From the NCBI RefSeq assembly GCF_006345805.1, contig NC_043006.1, positions 87,730,001 to 87,794,000 of the forward strand: a stretch of 64,000 bases of DNA. The letters are read 5' to 3'. Shown in pieces: positions 62,570 through 64,000 of this stretch. Each line of letters starts with the position of its first letter. Within the stretch, counting starts at the first letter, position 1. The stretch comes from Octopus sinensis (Eukaryota). A program made the translations under genes and the position numbers. The notes under the pieces were generated by a model. The model had not been told where the DNA came from and made no database searches. It worked only from the letters and a program-made list of their open reading frames with translations.

Positions 62570-63040
62570 ACGCCCTCATTGTAGCCCACAGGAGACAGAC
62601 CAAGTCATGCTCGGTATCACATTGCAGGGTAAGAAGACACCCACCTGGATGTGGCAGCACACGACAGTCAATGACATAAAAGAACCACCAAAGAAAACAA
62701 ATATAGATGGGCTGACCACATTGCTTGACTGAAAGACAACAGATAGACTATCAAGATGATGGAATAGACACTATGACAATGGACAAGATCAAGAGGCTGA
62801 CAAAAAACAAAATGGCAAGATTGTCTCACTTGCTACCTGGGGCCTACATGACCACAACTGGCTAGAGATAGACAGTGGTGGAAGGAGTTCAGGTAAGGGT
62901 TTTGGTACTATTTAAATACAGAGGTCGCGATGCATCTACATAACCCTAACGAGTCTGCACTGTAAAAACATAGATGCATGGGGACTGCTGTATTTAAGTA
63001 GTGCCAGGGCTTCTCCATCAGGGGTGGTGAAACCCTGGAA
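62570..63040 (+). mobile_element. Decayed RTE-clade LINE 3' fragment
   Basis: MLGITLQGKK..W...T.VNDI, KYRWADHIA.LKDNR.T, RSRG..KTKWQD remnants. Confidence 0.7.
62904..63005. mobile_element. Small MITE-like palindrome inserted in the RTE fragment
   Basis: GGTACTATTTAAATACAG...ATGCATCTA / TAGATGCAT...CTGTATTTAAGTAGTGCC; flanks AGGGTTTT and AGGGCTTC resemble an 8-bp TSD. Confidence 0.6.
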
Positions 63041-63059
63041 GAAAAAGAAATAGCCAACC

Positions 63060-63913
63060 GGTTGGAATTATGGATATTCTACACTCTTTCTGTTGATGTA
63101 ACATTTACCCTAGATTTGATTCTATGCGGTTGCTCAAGATATGACTCAATACAGTTGCTCTAAGTTCACACTGGCATATTCAGGAAACCCAGTCAGTTTC
63201 TGTAAGACAGATGGGGCTGTTTAAGCAGATTATCAAGGGTTTTCACTACTCCCCTATAGGCTAACCCTACATAATCGCAATGTATGTCTAAAATGTTATC
63301 CATTCTCGACCTTGCACTAAAAAGTAGGACTTTTCAAGAAAAGCTACTAAATGTCTTATGAAATCTAGTAGCCATTTATGCTCCAATATGTTTCTTAGAT
63401 CAGACGAGGAAGGGAGAAGTATATTTTCACAAGAGTGCATGTTTGTATTTTGTTGAGGGGAGGGCAAAACTGGGAGGTATTTTGGAAATGTCTGAGGAAA
63501 TATTTTGCTGTTATTGGCATGAGGGAGGCCCTACCATCATTGTGGCCTCTCTTACTACTTTTGTTCCTGCTTTGGGGCACAATTGTATGTTGCCACTGCT
63601 GCTGTTGGTGCTGCATTGCATTGTTATTGCAGCTCTTGCTGCTGCTGCTGTAACAGTTATATTTTACTGGTGGTGTTGCTGATGTGGTGACTTTCTTTCT
63701 TTTAATCATTTCATAGCACAGAGACTTTTTGGGCAATTTGAAATGTTGTATATGCCGCATCTTGGCCTTTTCACTTCTACCGTCACAATCAAAGGAGTGC
63801 CATGTGACAAGGTCATATAATCCATTTGGACCAGGAAGTTCGTGCCTATTTCTGACAAAGTGATATAACCATAGTGGACTCAAAATTGCAGTGATCTCAA
63901 ACTTCTTAACCAC
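63060..63913 (-). pseudogene. Possible decayed LINE ORF1 and endonuclease start
   Basis: 172-codon low-complexity ORF followed downstream by ICLTET, similar to the APE endonuclease x-C/L-x-ET motif; weak. Confidence 0.25.
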
Positions 63914-64000
63914 ACAGCTACGTTTGTGGTAGAAAATTTAATTTACATCATAAATGCACTTTTAGATGGTGGTGTTCACATGTTGTGGAGCCATCTAATG

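Overview
AT-rich, repeat-dense animal genomic DNA. The SINE families and microsatellite load look cephalopod (Octopus-like); this is an inference. No intact multi-exon host gene is recognisable, and nearly all ORF-track entries are microsatellite or transposon artefacts. The window holds decayed mobile elements: a 5'-truncated R4/Dong-type non-LTR retrotransposon in an (AAT)n tract, two mariner and one Tc1 copies, an intron-containing hAT-like transposase relic, three Helitron pieces, RTE fragments, a probable solo LTR, several MITEs and many tRNA-derived SINEs. The most interesting layer is nine minimal type I hammerhead-ribozyme motifs at seven loci, from about six unrelated short repeat families. 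Most sit in (TA)n/(AAT)n tracts, several in inverted or tandem, Penelope/retrozyme-like arrangements. Two families carry the compensatory U3-A8 core, one has a ~100-nt stem II, and one is a back-to-back double ribozyme palindrome. Also seen: repeated fold-back duplications at (TA)n tracts, a recent ~950-bp tandem duplication, and a candidate minus-strand gene start near 52.3 kb (signal-peptide-like exon, X-box, apparent CpG boundary). All calls were made by eye; coordinates of decayed elements are approximate.
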